From NCBI GenBank assembly GCA_964536515.1, contig CAZHXI010000005.1, positions 2,178-66,177 of the forward strand: a DNA stretch of 64,000 bases, read 5' to 3'. The DNA comes from an uncultured Gammaproteobacteria bacterium (GTDB lineage Bacteria > Patescibacteriota > Patescibacteriia > CAYZDG01). The notes under the pieces are model-generated. The model was not told where the DNA came from. It was given only the letters and a program-made list of their open reading frames with translations, and searched no databases. The translations under genes and the position numbers were made by a program. Below, in pieces: positions 30,801 to 38,943 of this stretch (positions are counted from its first letter, which is position 1; every line of letters starts with the position of its first letter).

Positions 30801-31828
30801 ACCTTGGGCTTATGGCTAATTGTGCCATTCGAGCTACAGCCGAATTCGGCCACCACGGCAATGGCGTTCGCCCCGGTGTACGTCCGCACGTTCTTGAACC
30901 GCACGTAGAAGTCGGCGATGCTGCCCGCCGTTCCAGAAACCTTAAGGTAGCCGTTGTCGCTGCCGGTTGTGCCGCCGGTACCCGAGAGCAGGGTGGGCGG
31001 GCTCTGGGCGAGCACGTAGCTGCTCTCGCCGGTCTGGGTGCCACTAATGACCACCGCCTCGGCCGGCATGTAGATTGGGTCGACCACCAGGTCTACCGCC
31101 AGCCAGTTGATGATGTGGGTCGTTGCCACGCCGGAGGGGGCGTACGCCCGAACCATTACCCGGCCGGTGCTAGAAACGAAGTTCTGGAGCGGGGTTGACT
31201 GGGGCTCATGCGTAGTTGGCGTGGTCGTAAGATTATCGTTATTCCAGTAGCCATCGTAGATGTGCCAGGTGTAGTAGCGGAGCGCTGCCTCAGCAATGCC
31301 CTGCCGGCCCTTGGCGCCGGAGTCAACCTTGTGCAGGGTCCGCCACCCCCCGCCCGTGCAGTCGCTATCGTTACCCGCATCTACCTTGTTGGGGTTCACC
31401 CAGTCGCATATCTGGTAGTAACGTTGCAAGCTAGCGCTGCCGCTGCTGGCGTACAGGCTGACCACCATCTTGTTCGCGTTGTGAAGCTCGACGTTGTCGA
31501 GGTACAGAATCTGGTTCATGCCGCCCGCCGCGGTGCTGCTGACCGACCAGCCCCAGCCGTCCGGGCTCAGCGTACCCCGCCACGAGCCGGTGTTCCCCGA
31601 GGTTCCGACGGTAGTTATGGCTAGGTTCTGGCCTACATTCAGCACCCCGCCGGTCGCATTGTAGCGGCCATTTGCCCTAGCCTCGGGCGGGCCGAACTTT
31701 CCCTCCTGGGCCAGCTTGGCCAGGGGCGGAACCAGCTTAACCAGCGCCACCTCGGCTGCGCCGCTCAGCTGCGCCAGCAGCAAGACGACGAAGGCAATCG
31801 AGGCGAGGCTACGCGAACGGAAAAGCAT
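27851..31828 (-). CDS. large secreted adhesin-like protein: two ~550-aa tandem modules plus C-terminal WxL-like domain
   Basis: GN.GSWR, NANKMV..LYASSGSASL.R.YQICDW and NVRTY.GANA each occur twice; C-terminus paralogous to 27111..27779. Confidence 0.8.
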   Translation of the reverse strand: MLFRSRSLASIAFVVLLLAQLSGAAEVALVKLVPPLAKLAQEGKFGPPEARANGRYNATGGVLNVGQNLAITTVGTSGNTGSWRGTLSPDGWGWSVSSTAAGGMNQILYLDNVELHNANKMVVSLYASSGSASLQRYYQICDWVNPNKVDAGNDSDCTGGGWRTLHKVDSGAKGRQGIAEAALRYYTWHIYDGYWNNDNLTTTPTTHEPQSTPLQNFVSSTGRVMVRAYAPSGVATTHIINWLAVDLVVDPIYMPAEAVVISGTQTGESSYVLAQSPPTLLSGTGGTTGSDNGYLKVSGTAGSIADFYVRFKNVRTYTGANAIAVVAEFGCSSNGTISHKPKVWNFYSSSWEDLSVSGFTCSTTDAAGQFGFTTSSLWKYIRDGEVRVGWYGSGNSTQEVRLDYIYMIVGSTVSDPSRCEVSYGTGVATQCDRMNDMDSALASTTGWMVGSQLDTNSGVTQDFYTCDNDCDAVANDANVATHATFPVRVPSDATMVSLAYSVRATPGSNTASLQPQFKDWWGLNPTASGGYTNFGTIANSTTTYGYTDPITHGYFTTSSQHYINTYDDTVEVRFRTAASSLLGQSFTRTFDWAMVSISWIEEDAPRRSIQYNFPPTDGRLRVGTENPRLAAASSGNHGSWRALLNAEANDGFNWTVTTSGSGLNQQVDFDYVKVNNANKMVITLYASSGSASLMRWYQICDWATTTAVDDAADQDCNGGWRSLNKYANFKSRQAYGDATRRTYTYHIYEGYWNVPLGAVSGTSNRIASTSLSNFVSSTNGTVRIRAYSTSTTATTHMFNYASIQMVVDPVYMPQGLSVITGQSQGESAYVHAQNPQTLVTGSSGQSGSDNTYARASGTASVTTEFYLPFRNVRTYDGANALLVVAETGCSATGINYTLRVYNFTTPGWESISTARACAAAGTDTTGYYSKSNVNLANYVSNGEVRIGMLGSANGTQELRIDWIYLVVGTVNTVDAGCRIDYGTNSANDCKYTRNIDTAGTAQLWSVSSALESAAMASDYYALAGDADATAEHITSVVIPFTHTMVTGTSPAGMFYSAYWRSGGTGKTTQPQLLDFSGSDGAASAGWTNIATTNAATTTYTYSDAITNGYLFTTPENYIDPVASSTVLRVRSSAATFTTLATVSDFDFFMVSYRWVDDPNSADITLSLDDTTWAMDPVTGGGGDVEPAFNAAVDSTNGTGFTLYLKRNSADATLDLTSDPATNITDKAEWIAPGVTTTAGNAVAYTGTGLAFRLGEATDVPFFSEAWWGPDLTPLYAGVPTTSQAVAVQSFGATANAKIFFRLAVPITQQAGSYDGQLTLTASINP

Positions 31829-31829
31829 G

Positions 31830-33584
31830 CTATTCGGCGATTAGTATTGGCTCCTCGGGCGGCAGCAGCTCTATCGGCTGCTCGGCTACGGGCTCCTCGG
31901 GCGGCGCCGGCAGAACGTCGGCTTCTGCAGCCTCAGAAATCGGAGCTGTCGCCGTAGCGGCGACAGATGCCGGGCCTCGAATTTCTTCCAGGAAGACGGC
32001 GTGGTCCTTAGCTGCCACGGTTTCTGCTGCCGAGCCGTCGCCGTTCAGCAGCTGCAGGCTAGCGCCATCCCACCGCACCAGAAGCCCATCGGGCAGGCCT
32101 AGGTCGGTGGGCACCCCGGGCTCGATGGTCTGGCTAGCGTAGCTGCCGCCGCTCACCTGGTAGGTAGATATGGTTCCGCCGCCAGCTGTAACCCATGCCG
32201 CTACCCCACCGTGGAGAACGCTAGCCGCCACCGGGTCCAGCTCGGGCTCCTCCGAGACCAGGGTCCACGTCCCCTCGCCGGCAGCCTGGTAGACCCACAG
32301 CTGCTGCCGCTGCCGTGACTCGCTGAATACGCGGACCAGATTCACGTCGCCGTCGGCCAGCAGCTGCAGCACGGTGTCACGGGTAAAGTCTGGCTGCTCC
32401 TGAACATTGGCCGCATCGGCGCTGTAGGTAACGGCCAGGTACAGGCTGTCCAGCAGCACGGTGGGCTGCTCGGCGACGGTGGGCAGGGAGCGGAGCGCCA
32501 CCTGGACCGTGGCGAGCTCCTCCCAAGATGCGAGCGGCAGCTCCACGGCTAGCCCACGCCAAGATTGGCTGGTTACCTTGGCCACGGTGGTCCACGCTTC
32601 GCCGTCTAGAGTGTAGGCAATCTCCAGGAACGCCGGCTCGGTATCCTGGGGCAGCTGGGGCGTTGGGATTGGCGCGGACGGCCCGGGGTCGGGGGTAAGC
32701 TCGTTGGGTTTAGACGTCGGCGGCTCGTCCTTGGCCGTTGGCTCGGGAACTGGCTGCTCGGGCGCTACGGCATCGGTCGGAGCGACATCAGTCGGCGGCG
32801 CCTCCTTCAGCTCCACTGCAGGCGCCGGCTCAGCAGCGGGATCGGGCGCTAACTCTGGCGGGGCAAGCTCTTGCGCTAGCGCCGCGCGAATGAACGGCAG
32901 GCGAGCTGACTCGGGTAGCTGGGGTTCGGGAACCGGTTCAACGACTGGCGCGGGATCAGCTACAGGCTCCGGCGGCAGAGATTCCAGCAGCACCTCCTCC
33001 GCCGCCGGGGCATCCAGCAACGCCTCAACCTGCTGCTCGGGCGTGGCTACCGGATCTACGTTGACGGTTCCTCCGCTCGGCGCCGGGGTAACGACCGGAA
33101 GCTGCGGCAGCTTGCCACCCGGCAGCACTGCCCAAGACAGGTTGAGCGTAACCTTCTTGGGCGCCGCATCCAGCGGTACGTCTCCCTTGAATCCTCCGCA
33201 GTAGATTTGCGCCATTACCCCATCCAGGGCTGCCGAATTCTTAGACGTGAACAGCTCGGGGTCCGCCTCTGGGGCAAGGTCTGGCTCGCCCTCGGCCAGC
33301 TGGGGGTTTGCCCAGCCGCCCAGGCAGGAGGTGGCGTACAGGGTGGCAATATTGGCACGGCCCACGCCCCGCAGCAGGCCCGCCACGAGCACGAGCACCA
33401 GCAGCGCCGCGACGCCCGAGCGGACCCGGTGGCGAGCCAGCAGACGCACGAACGCAGAGGCGCTCACCTCTAGGTGCCACGAGCGCTCGCGTAGCCGAAC
33501 CACGCGTTGCCGGGGCCGCGATAGGATGTCGTGCACCAGGCGGGGCCGCACGCCACGACGTCGCAGGATCTTGCTCCAATCCAT
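31830..33584 (-). CDS. membrane-anchored Pro/Glu-rich hypothetical protein
   Basis: N-terminal TM, SCLGGW..C domain, long PE/PA linker; TATAAA -10 before ATG. Confidence 0.7.
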   Translation of the reverse strand: MDWSKILRRRGVRPRLVHDILSRPRQRVVRLRERSWHLEVSASAFVRLLARHRVRSGVAALLVLVLVAGLLRGVGRANIATLYATSCLGGWANPQLAEGEPDLAPEADPELFTSKNSAALDGVMAQIYCGGFKGDVPLDAAPKKVTLNLSWAVLPGGKLPQLPVVTPAPSGGTVNVDPVATPEQQVEALLDAPAAEEVLLESLPPEPVADPAPVVEPVPEPQLPESARLPFIRAALAQELAPPELAPDPAAEPAPAVELKEAPPTDVAPTDAVAPEQPVPEPTAKDEPPTSKPNELTPDPGPSAPIPTPQLPQDTEPAFLEIAYTLDGEAWTTVAKVTSQSWRGLAVELPLASWEELATVQVALRSLPTVAEQPTVLLDSLYLAVTYSADAANVQEQPDFTRDTVLQLLADGDVNLVRVFSESRQRQQLWVYQAAGEGTWTLVSEEPELDPVAASVLHGGVAAWVTAGGGTISTYQVSGGSYASQTIEPGVPTDLGLPDGLLVRWDGASLQLLNGDGSAAETVAAKDHAVFLEEIRGPASVAATATAPISEAAEADVLPAPPEEPVAEQPIELLPPEEPILIAE

Positions 33585-33638
33585 TGACCTATTTTATACC
33601 ACGAAGCAATTCTTTGTGTCGTGGTTCGTGAAATAGTG

Positions 33639-33664
33639 AGCCACCCGCTGGAGGCGGGTGGCTG
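33639..33664. terminator. hairpin terminator
   Basis: agccacccgc-tggag-gcgggtggct downstream of the 33712 gene. Confidence 0.55.
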
Positions 33665-33711
33665 GGGGCTGCGGGTCAGCGGTTAGCTCGCCCGCGATAT
33701 GTCTATGGTAT

Positions 33712-36234
33712 TCAGTTGTAGCTCACTACCGTTCCTAGGACAGGGTAGCTATCGGAAGCGCTGAACGGGCCTCGCTGCTGGGTGTACCCAGCCGGCACGT
33801 AGCGGTAAACGGCTCCTCCATCGGCCCAGTTGGGCTCGTAGCTAGAATTGCCCATGGCGTAGCCGGTCATACCGGGAACCGTCGCCTGCACGGTGCGCAG
33901 CGTAGGCATGGGAACGTTACGGATACCCACGGTGTCGGCTCGCAGGCTGAAAGTTCGGCTACCGTAGCTGCCACCGAACGTGGCGGGGATGGTAGCGTTT
34001 GCCTGCCAGCCGCCGTTGATGCTGGTGCTGGAGCTGAAGGAAACCGTCCCATTGGTGGTAGTAGCCGACAGCCGAACGCCACCGGGCGCGAACGCAATAG
34101 CGGTACCGGCATCATCGTACAGCCTGAAGTCTCGCACCTGGTCGTAGGTAGACGAGCTAGACGTTGACATCAGTAGGCCCGTAGACGCCAGGTTCACCAA
34201 CAGCGACTGCAGCGTCAGCGGAACCTGGCCATAGTTGCGAACCTCGAACCGAGCAATTTCATCCGTAACACCCTGGACGTGGTTAATGAGCGGCAGGGAC
34301 GCAGCGGTAGGCACAGCATCATGAACTAGGAACCATGCCGAGGGGGAGCCGTACTGACCGATGTTCACATACTGGGACGGCAGCACGCCGGTAGGCCCAC
34401 GCACCTCGATATCCTGTACGCTATTCGACTTTACCCGAACCATTACCTGGGTAGCATCGGCCCCGGTTCCGCTACCGAATAGGTCGACAGCTACGTCCAG
34501 GTGGTAGGGTGCCCAGGCGGGCATGGCTACCGCCTGCGGGAACACGAACACGGCATCGGCTGTAGTCGTGCCAGCATTGCTGGGCGTTGCGGTGGCTAGC
34601 AGCACACCGTCGTGGTAAAGAGAAACCGAGGCGACGTTGGCGTAGCCAGGCAGGTTAGCTGAACCGCCCACGCTACCCTGCAGCTGCAGGGTCAGGCGAT
34701 GCAGCGATAGGCTGCCCTGGTCGGTGTAAGGAGTAAGCTCGAGACGGTGAATCTGACGATTCTCCGATCCAGCCAAAATTACGCTCGATACTGTATCGGG
34801 GAATACGTGCTGGCCGCTGATGCTGAGCGAACCCTGCTGTCCGCCGATAACCCAGTAGCCGAAGGGGCTAGAGACCGGCAGGAAGATCGCGGGGTAGATT
34901 GCCGCACCGCTGGTGCCACCGGTAATGGTAAGGTCGGAAGGCTCAACCAGCGACGCGCGGAGCCAACGTCCTGCTCCCGACGCCACATCGGCGTACACGT
35001 TGAAGGTTACGTTGGTACCCGGCAGGTTTATGTACGGCTGCGGCAGGTTGAAGGTAACGACCCCATTTACCGCCGCGGTGGCTGTGGCGAATGGGAACTC
35101 GGTCTGGCCGGGAACCAGCCTGAAGTTGACCAAATCGCCGTCCTGCACCGTCCCCGATAGGCGTACTATCACCTGCCTTACCACCATGGACTCCAGGCTA
35201 TTCGTGTCTGTCAGGCTGAAGCGGAACAGCCTGCTGCCCAGGCTGCCCACATTCAGATTAGCTGCCGTGGTAGTGCCGGGCTGATTGAAGTATCCACCGA
35301 CGCTGGCCCCGTCAACCCAGGCGGACGCAATCGAGCTAGAGCCATCAACCCAGCTGAACAGGTTGCCCCGCAGCGAGAAACGGGCTCCCATTGAGCTGCC
35401 GCCGGTCTGCGTAATGTCTGCGGCTGCTGCCACGGCGAGCCGTACGCCGTAGTCCCCCAGCTGCACCGGGGCATTAGCCGGTAGGTCGGCCTTAATGGTA
35501 ACCACTTTAGTGGTGAGGGGTGCGACCACGATCGGGTTAGCGGAGAGATCAATGGTCGCCCGTAGGTTAGCGCCGAATACGCCGCGGCTGCCGTGGCGAG
35601 TTGCGCCGTCCCATACCGTCGCCCCATCGAACACCGTGCTGGTGGGCAAAGTGCTGGTACTGGTAGTAGAGAAACGAGCGTACTCCTGCGTCAGCGTGAG
35701 GCTGGTAACTTGCACGGGCAGCCCCGAGAGAGACTGGATGCGAATGGCCAGCACCGGGTTCTGCTGGGTGCCGTCGAGCAACGTGGCTGCCGGCGGGGTG
35801 GCCGGGTCTACCACCAAACGTATCGGACCAGCTACCGGCACTGGGTCTTCTTCGCCATCATCGACCGGCTCTACCGGACGAATCGGGCCCAGCACGTTGC
35901 TCCAGCTAGCCTGGGTAACCGTACCCTGGGGCTCCAGGCCATCTAGGCTGCTGCGGCCCTCGCGAGCCGAAACCTGCTTGGCCAGCATCTGGAGCGTCAC
36001 GGGATCGGCGATACGCCAAACCCTGTCGCCGCGGCGCAGGTAGAGCGTCTTGTCGTTGGTCAGAGAGACGATCGCATCGCCGGTCGGCACCTTTGCCACG
36101 GCAGCCGCGGTGGAAACGCCCGCGACCCTTCCCTCGGCCAGCACCCCCCGATTCATTAGGACCAATAAGCTGCCCGAAACCCAAGCCAGGGCGCCGAACA
36201 GGACGATGGTCCGTACCGACATGCGCATACGCAT
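33712..36234 (-). CDS. large secreted S-layer-like multi-beta-sandwich protein
   Basis: N-terminal TM, GRVAGVST, repeated beta domains (TKVVTIKADL, TFNVYADV, RTFSLRAD). Confidence 0.65.
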   Translation of the reverse strand: MRMRMSVRTIVLFGALAWVSGSLLVLMNRGVLAEGRVAGVSTAAAVAKVPTGDAIVSLTNDKTLYLRRGDRVWRIADPVTLQMLAKQVSAREGRSSLDGLEPQGTVTQASWSNVLGPIRPVEPVDDGEEDPVPVAGPIRLVVDPATPPAATLLDGTQQNPVLAIRIQSLSGLPVQVTSLTLTQEYARFSTTSTSTLPTSTVFDGATVWDGATRHGSRGVFGANLRATIDLSANPIVVAPLTTKVVTIKADLPANAPVQLGDYGVRLAVAAAADITQTGGSSMGARFSLRGNLFSWVDGSSSIASAWVDGASVGGYFNQPGTTTAANLNVGSLGSRLFRFSLTDTNSLESMVVRQVIVRLSGTVQDGDLVNFRLVPGQTEFPFATATAAVNGVVTFNLPQPYINLPGTNVTFNVYADVASGAGRWLRASLVEPSDLTITGGTSGAAIYPAIFLPVSSPFGYWVIGGQQGSLSISGQHVFPDTVSSVILAGSENRQIHRLELTPYTDQGSLSLHRLTLQLQGSVGGSANLPGYANVASVSLYHDGVLLATATPSNAGTTTADAVFVFPQAVAMPAWAPYHLDVAVDLFGSGTGADATQVMVRVKSNSVQDIEVRGPTGVLPSQYVNIGQYGSPSAWFLVHDAVPTAASLPLINHVQGVTDEIARFEVRNYGQVPLTLQSLLVNLASTGLLMSTSSSSTYDQVRDFRLYDDAGTAIAFAPGGVRLSATTTNGTVSFSSSTSINGGWQANATIPATFGGSYGSRTFSLRADTVGIRNVPMPTLRTVQATVPGMTGYAMGNSSYEPNWADGGAVYRYVPAGYTQQRGPFSASDSYPVLGTVVSYN

Positions 36235-36385
36235 TTGTTTTGATTTACGAATTAAAAAATATGCGTCCGCCAAAGGCGGAGCACTTACAACATGCTAATG
36301 GTAACTCATTTTTGACCCGTAGTCAATGGTAAGCGATGAGATGTATAATTTTTGTGCTTACTTAATCCGCTTCTACCCAAAGCCT

Positions 36386-36979
36386 ATGCACCGTCGGTTC
36401 CTCGCCCTCTGCGCCAGCCTAGCGCTCGCCGCTAGCGCCGCAGCTGCTCCCCTAGCCACCCGAGCCGTGCAAGCTCCCCAAGATCCCGTCGCCTTCCCAA
36501 CCTGCATGGTGAGCGCCGTAACGGCACGTGAAACAGCCGTCACCGCAGCGGTGAACACCCTAACCACTGCCCGCAGCGCTGCGGCCGAGGCCAGGCGTGC
36601 CGCGGTGAGCGCGGCAGCCGCCGCCCAGGCCACGGCCTGGAACCAGGCGCTGCAGACCCGCCAGGCCGCCGTAGTCGCCGCCTGGAACGGCAACGCCACG
36701 GCTCGTAAGGCAGCCATTAGGTCGGCCTTCGCCACGTACAAGACCTCGCGAACCGCGGCCCGAAATACGTACACCGCTGCCGTCCGCACCGCTGATAAGG
36801 CCTACACTACGGCTATGAACGCTGCGGTAACTGCCTACAACACCGCCCGCAGGGCGGCCTGGACCACCTACCGCGCCTCACGGACCACGTGCTCCCGTAT
36901 CGGCGCCGACGCACGCGGCCGCTCGACGAACAACGTCATCCCCGACGACGTAAGCAGCACCGAGACTTCCGACAGCTAA
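36386..36979 (+). CDS. secreted Ala-rich helical protein
   Basis: signal peptide, terminal Cys pair (PTCM...TTCS), amphipathic helical repeats. Confidence 0.7.
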   Translation: MHRRFLALCASLALAASAAAAPLATRAVQAPQDPVAFPTCMVSAVTARETAVTAAVNTLTTARSAAAEARRAAVSAAAAAQATAWNQALQTRQAAVVAAWNGNATARKAAIRSAFATYKTSRTAARNTYTAAVRTADKAYTTAMNAAVTAYNTARRAAWTTYRASRTTCSRIGADARGRSTNNVIPDDVSSTETSDS

Positions 36980-37080
36980 AGCAGCGGCAAGCGAAGCGGG
37001 TCGCCCCGAGCGTAGTCGAGGGGGCGGCCCGCTTGCTTTGGCCTGTCCCCCGCCGTACTGTATGGTGTTCTCGTACCTAC

Positions 37081-37155
37081 GGCCCCATCGTCTAACGGTT
37101 AGGACACGGCCCTTTCAAGGCCGGAACGGGAGTTCGATTCTCCCTGGGGCTACCA
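37081..37155 (+). tRNA. tRNA-Glu(TTC)
   Basis: ggccccatcgtctaacggttaggacacggccctTTCaaggccggaacgggagttcgattctccctggggctaCCA. Confidence 0.95.
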
Positions 37156-37229
37156 TGAACCAGAGGCTGCGCCTCGGTTCATGGCCCCGGAGCGAGCTAG
37201 GCTCTGCTTCGGGGCCACCAGAGAACACA

Positions 37230-37502
37230 ATGAATCTACCAGCTTGCGTCTACATACTGTTCAGTGAGAGAGACCAAAAACTCTACACTGGGATGACAAC
37301 TGACCTCGAGCTGAGGCTCGCTGCTCACCTCGAAGGTCGCGTCATCTCCACATCGAAAAGAAGGCCTCTGAAACTCATATTCTGTGAATACTTCTTGAGC
37401 AAGAAAGATGCTGTGCGCAGGGAACGGTACCTAAAAACAACAGCTGGCAAGCGCGCCATTAGATACATGGTTCGAGAGAGCTTAACCTCTATAATGAAGT
37501 AG
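37230..37502 (+). CDS. GIY-YIG nuclease (small, UPF0213-like)
   Basis: VYILFS..LYTGMT.DL..RL..H, RRP.KLI, AVRRERYLKT..G; lower GC than flanks. Confidence 0.88.
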   Translation: MNLPACVYILFSERDQKLYTGMTTDLELRLAAHLEGRVISTSKRRPLKLIFCEYFLSKKDAVRRERYLKTTAGKRAIRYMVRESLTSIMK

Positions 37503-37503
37503 A

Positions 37504-37911
37504 ATGCATTACTTTAAGGTAGTCCTTAGCATCATCTGGAGCATCTTCGCCGTCATCGGCCTGGTCGTCGTAGCCGCCGCGGCCTACCTGTGGTTCGTAG
37601 ATCCGCTCAACCTTAAGCCGGTCCTGTTCCCGCCTGCTCCGGCAGCTGCCAATTCACCCGTGCCGACCACCACGACACAGGTACCCACAAGTGGCGGGAG
37701 GCAGCCGAGCCAGCCGCAGCTGACGCCGCAGCAGCAGGCCGCCGCCAGCAGCCTGGGGCTAGACGCGAATGCGGTCGCAATGCTGCTCAACCCCACCACC
37801 GAAGCCTGCGCCGTGACGGCGCTCGGCCGAGCTCGGGTAGACCAGATTAAGGCGGGCGCCGCGCCGACGGCTGTAGACATCTACGCCGCACGCAGCTGCC
37901 TGATTCGGTAG
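37504..37911 (+). CDS. small membrane protein
   Basis: N-terminal TM, DPLNLKP, C..C near C-terminus. Confidence 0.65.
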   Translation: MHYFKVVLSIIWSIFAVIGLVVVAAAAYLWFVDPLNLKPVLFPPAPAAANSPVPTTTTQVPTSGGRQPSQPQLTPQQQAAASSLGLDANAVAMLLNPTTEACAVTALGRARVDQIKAGAAPTAVDIYAARSCLIR

Positions 37912-38943
37912 ATGGTTGTACTGGGCATCGAGACATCCTGCGACGAGACGGCGGCAGCCGTGGTGCGGCTACGTGGCGGCCGCATGGAGGCGCTAGCCGA
38001 AGTGGTAGCTAGCCAGGCAAAGCTGCACGCAAAGTACGGCGGCGTGGTGCCCGAGGTAGCCGCCCGTAAGCAGGTGGAGGCCATTATCCCGGTGCTGAAG
38101 GAATCTGGGGTACGGCCGAACCAAATTGATGCCATCGCCGTAACCCGCGGCCCGGGGCTGGTAACCAGCCTGGGCGTAGGCGTTGAGACGGCCAAGGCGC
38201 TGTCCATTGCCTGGGGCAAGCCGCTGCTGGGCGTTAACCACGTGCTGGCCCACCTTTACGCCTGCTGGCTATCGCACCCTCAGCTCGTACGCGACGACCG
38301 GATGCTACCTGCCCTCGGGCTGATAGTGAGCGGCGGCCACACCGAGCTGGTACTGCTGCGGCCGGGCGGCAGGTACAAGCTGCTGGGCAGGACAATGGAT
38401 GACGCCGCCGGTGAATGCCTAGATAAGTCTGCTCGGCTGCTGGGGCTACCCTACCCCGGCGGCGCCAAGCTGGAGCAGCTGGCGCTACGTGGCAATGCAG
38501 AATGCTGCCCGTTCCCCCGCAGCCTAGCTAATACGAAGGGGTACGAGTTCAGCTTCTCGGGCCTGAAGACCGCCGTGCGCTACCAAGTAGAGAAAACCAA
38601 ACCGACCGGCCGGCAGAAGGCTGACGTTGCCGCGGGCGTGCAGGCGGCCGTGGCCGAGCAGCTGACGCGACGGGTAGGCCAGGCGCTGGAACGCCACCGC
38701 GTGCGGTGCGTGGTCATCGGCGGCGGCGTAACAGCTAACCGCTACATCCGCAGCCAGCTGCAGCAGACGTGCGATGGCCACGGCGTACCGCTGCTGCTGC
38801 CCGAGCCCAAGTGGACCGGCGACAACGCCGCCATGATTGCGGCTCTAGCCCTGGTGCAGCTGGATGGCAAATCGCCAGCTCAAATTTCTCGGCTCAAGCC
38901 TTCTTGGCGAACGCTGGTCGCCGAGCCGAACTGGGAGCTGTAG
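37912..38943 (+). CDS. tsaD: tRNA N6-adenosine threonylcarbamoyltransferase
   Basis: LGIETSCDET, YGGVVPEVAAR, VNH..AH, VSGGHT, DDAAGE..DK, FSFSGLKT, DNAAMIA. Confidence 0.96.
   Translation: MVVLGIETSCDETAAAVVRLRGGRMEALAEVVASQAKLHAKYGGVVPEVAARKQVEAIIPVLKESGVRPNQIDAIAVTRGPGLVTSLGVGVETAKALSIAWGKPLLGVNHVLAHLYACWLSHPQLVRDDRMLPALGLIVSGGHTELVLLRPGGRYKLLGRTMDDAAGECLDKSARLLGLPYPGGAKLEQLALRGNAECCPFPRSLANTKGYEFSFSGLKTAVRYQVEKTKPTGRQKADVAAGVQAAVAEQLTRRVGQALERHRVRCVVIGGGVTANRYIRSQLQQTCDGHGVPLLLPEPKWTGDNAAMIAALALVQLDGKSPAQISRLKPSWRTLVAEPNWEL

Noticed and set aside
37038-37229. N-terminal extension of the GIY-YIG ORF (and similarly SDR 59038..59079)
   Set aside because: Overlaps tRNA genes; downstream ATGs fit the family N-termini
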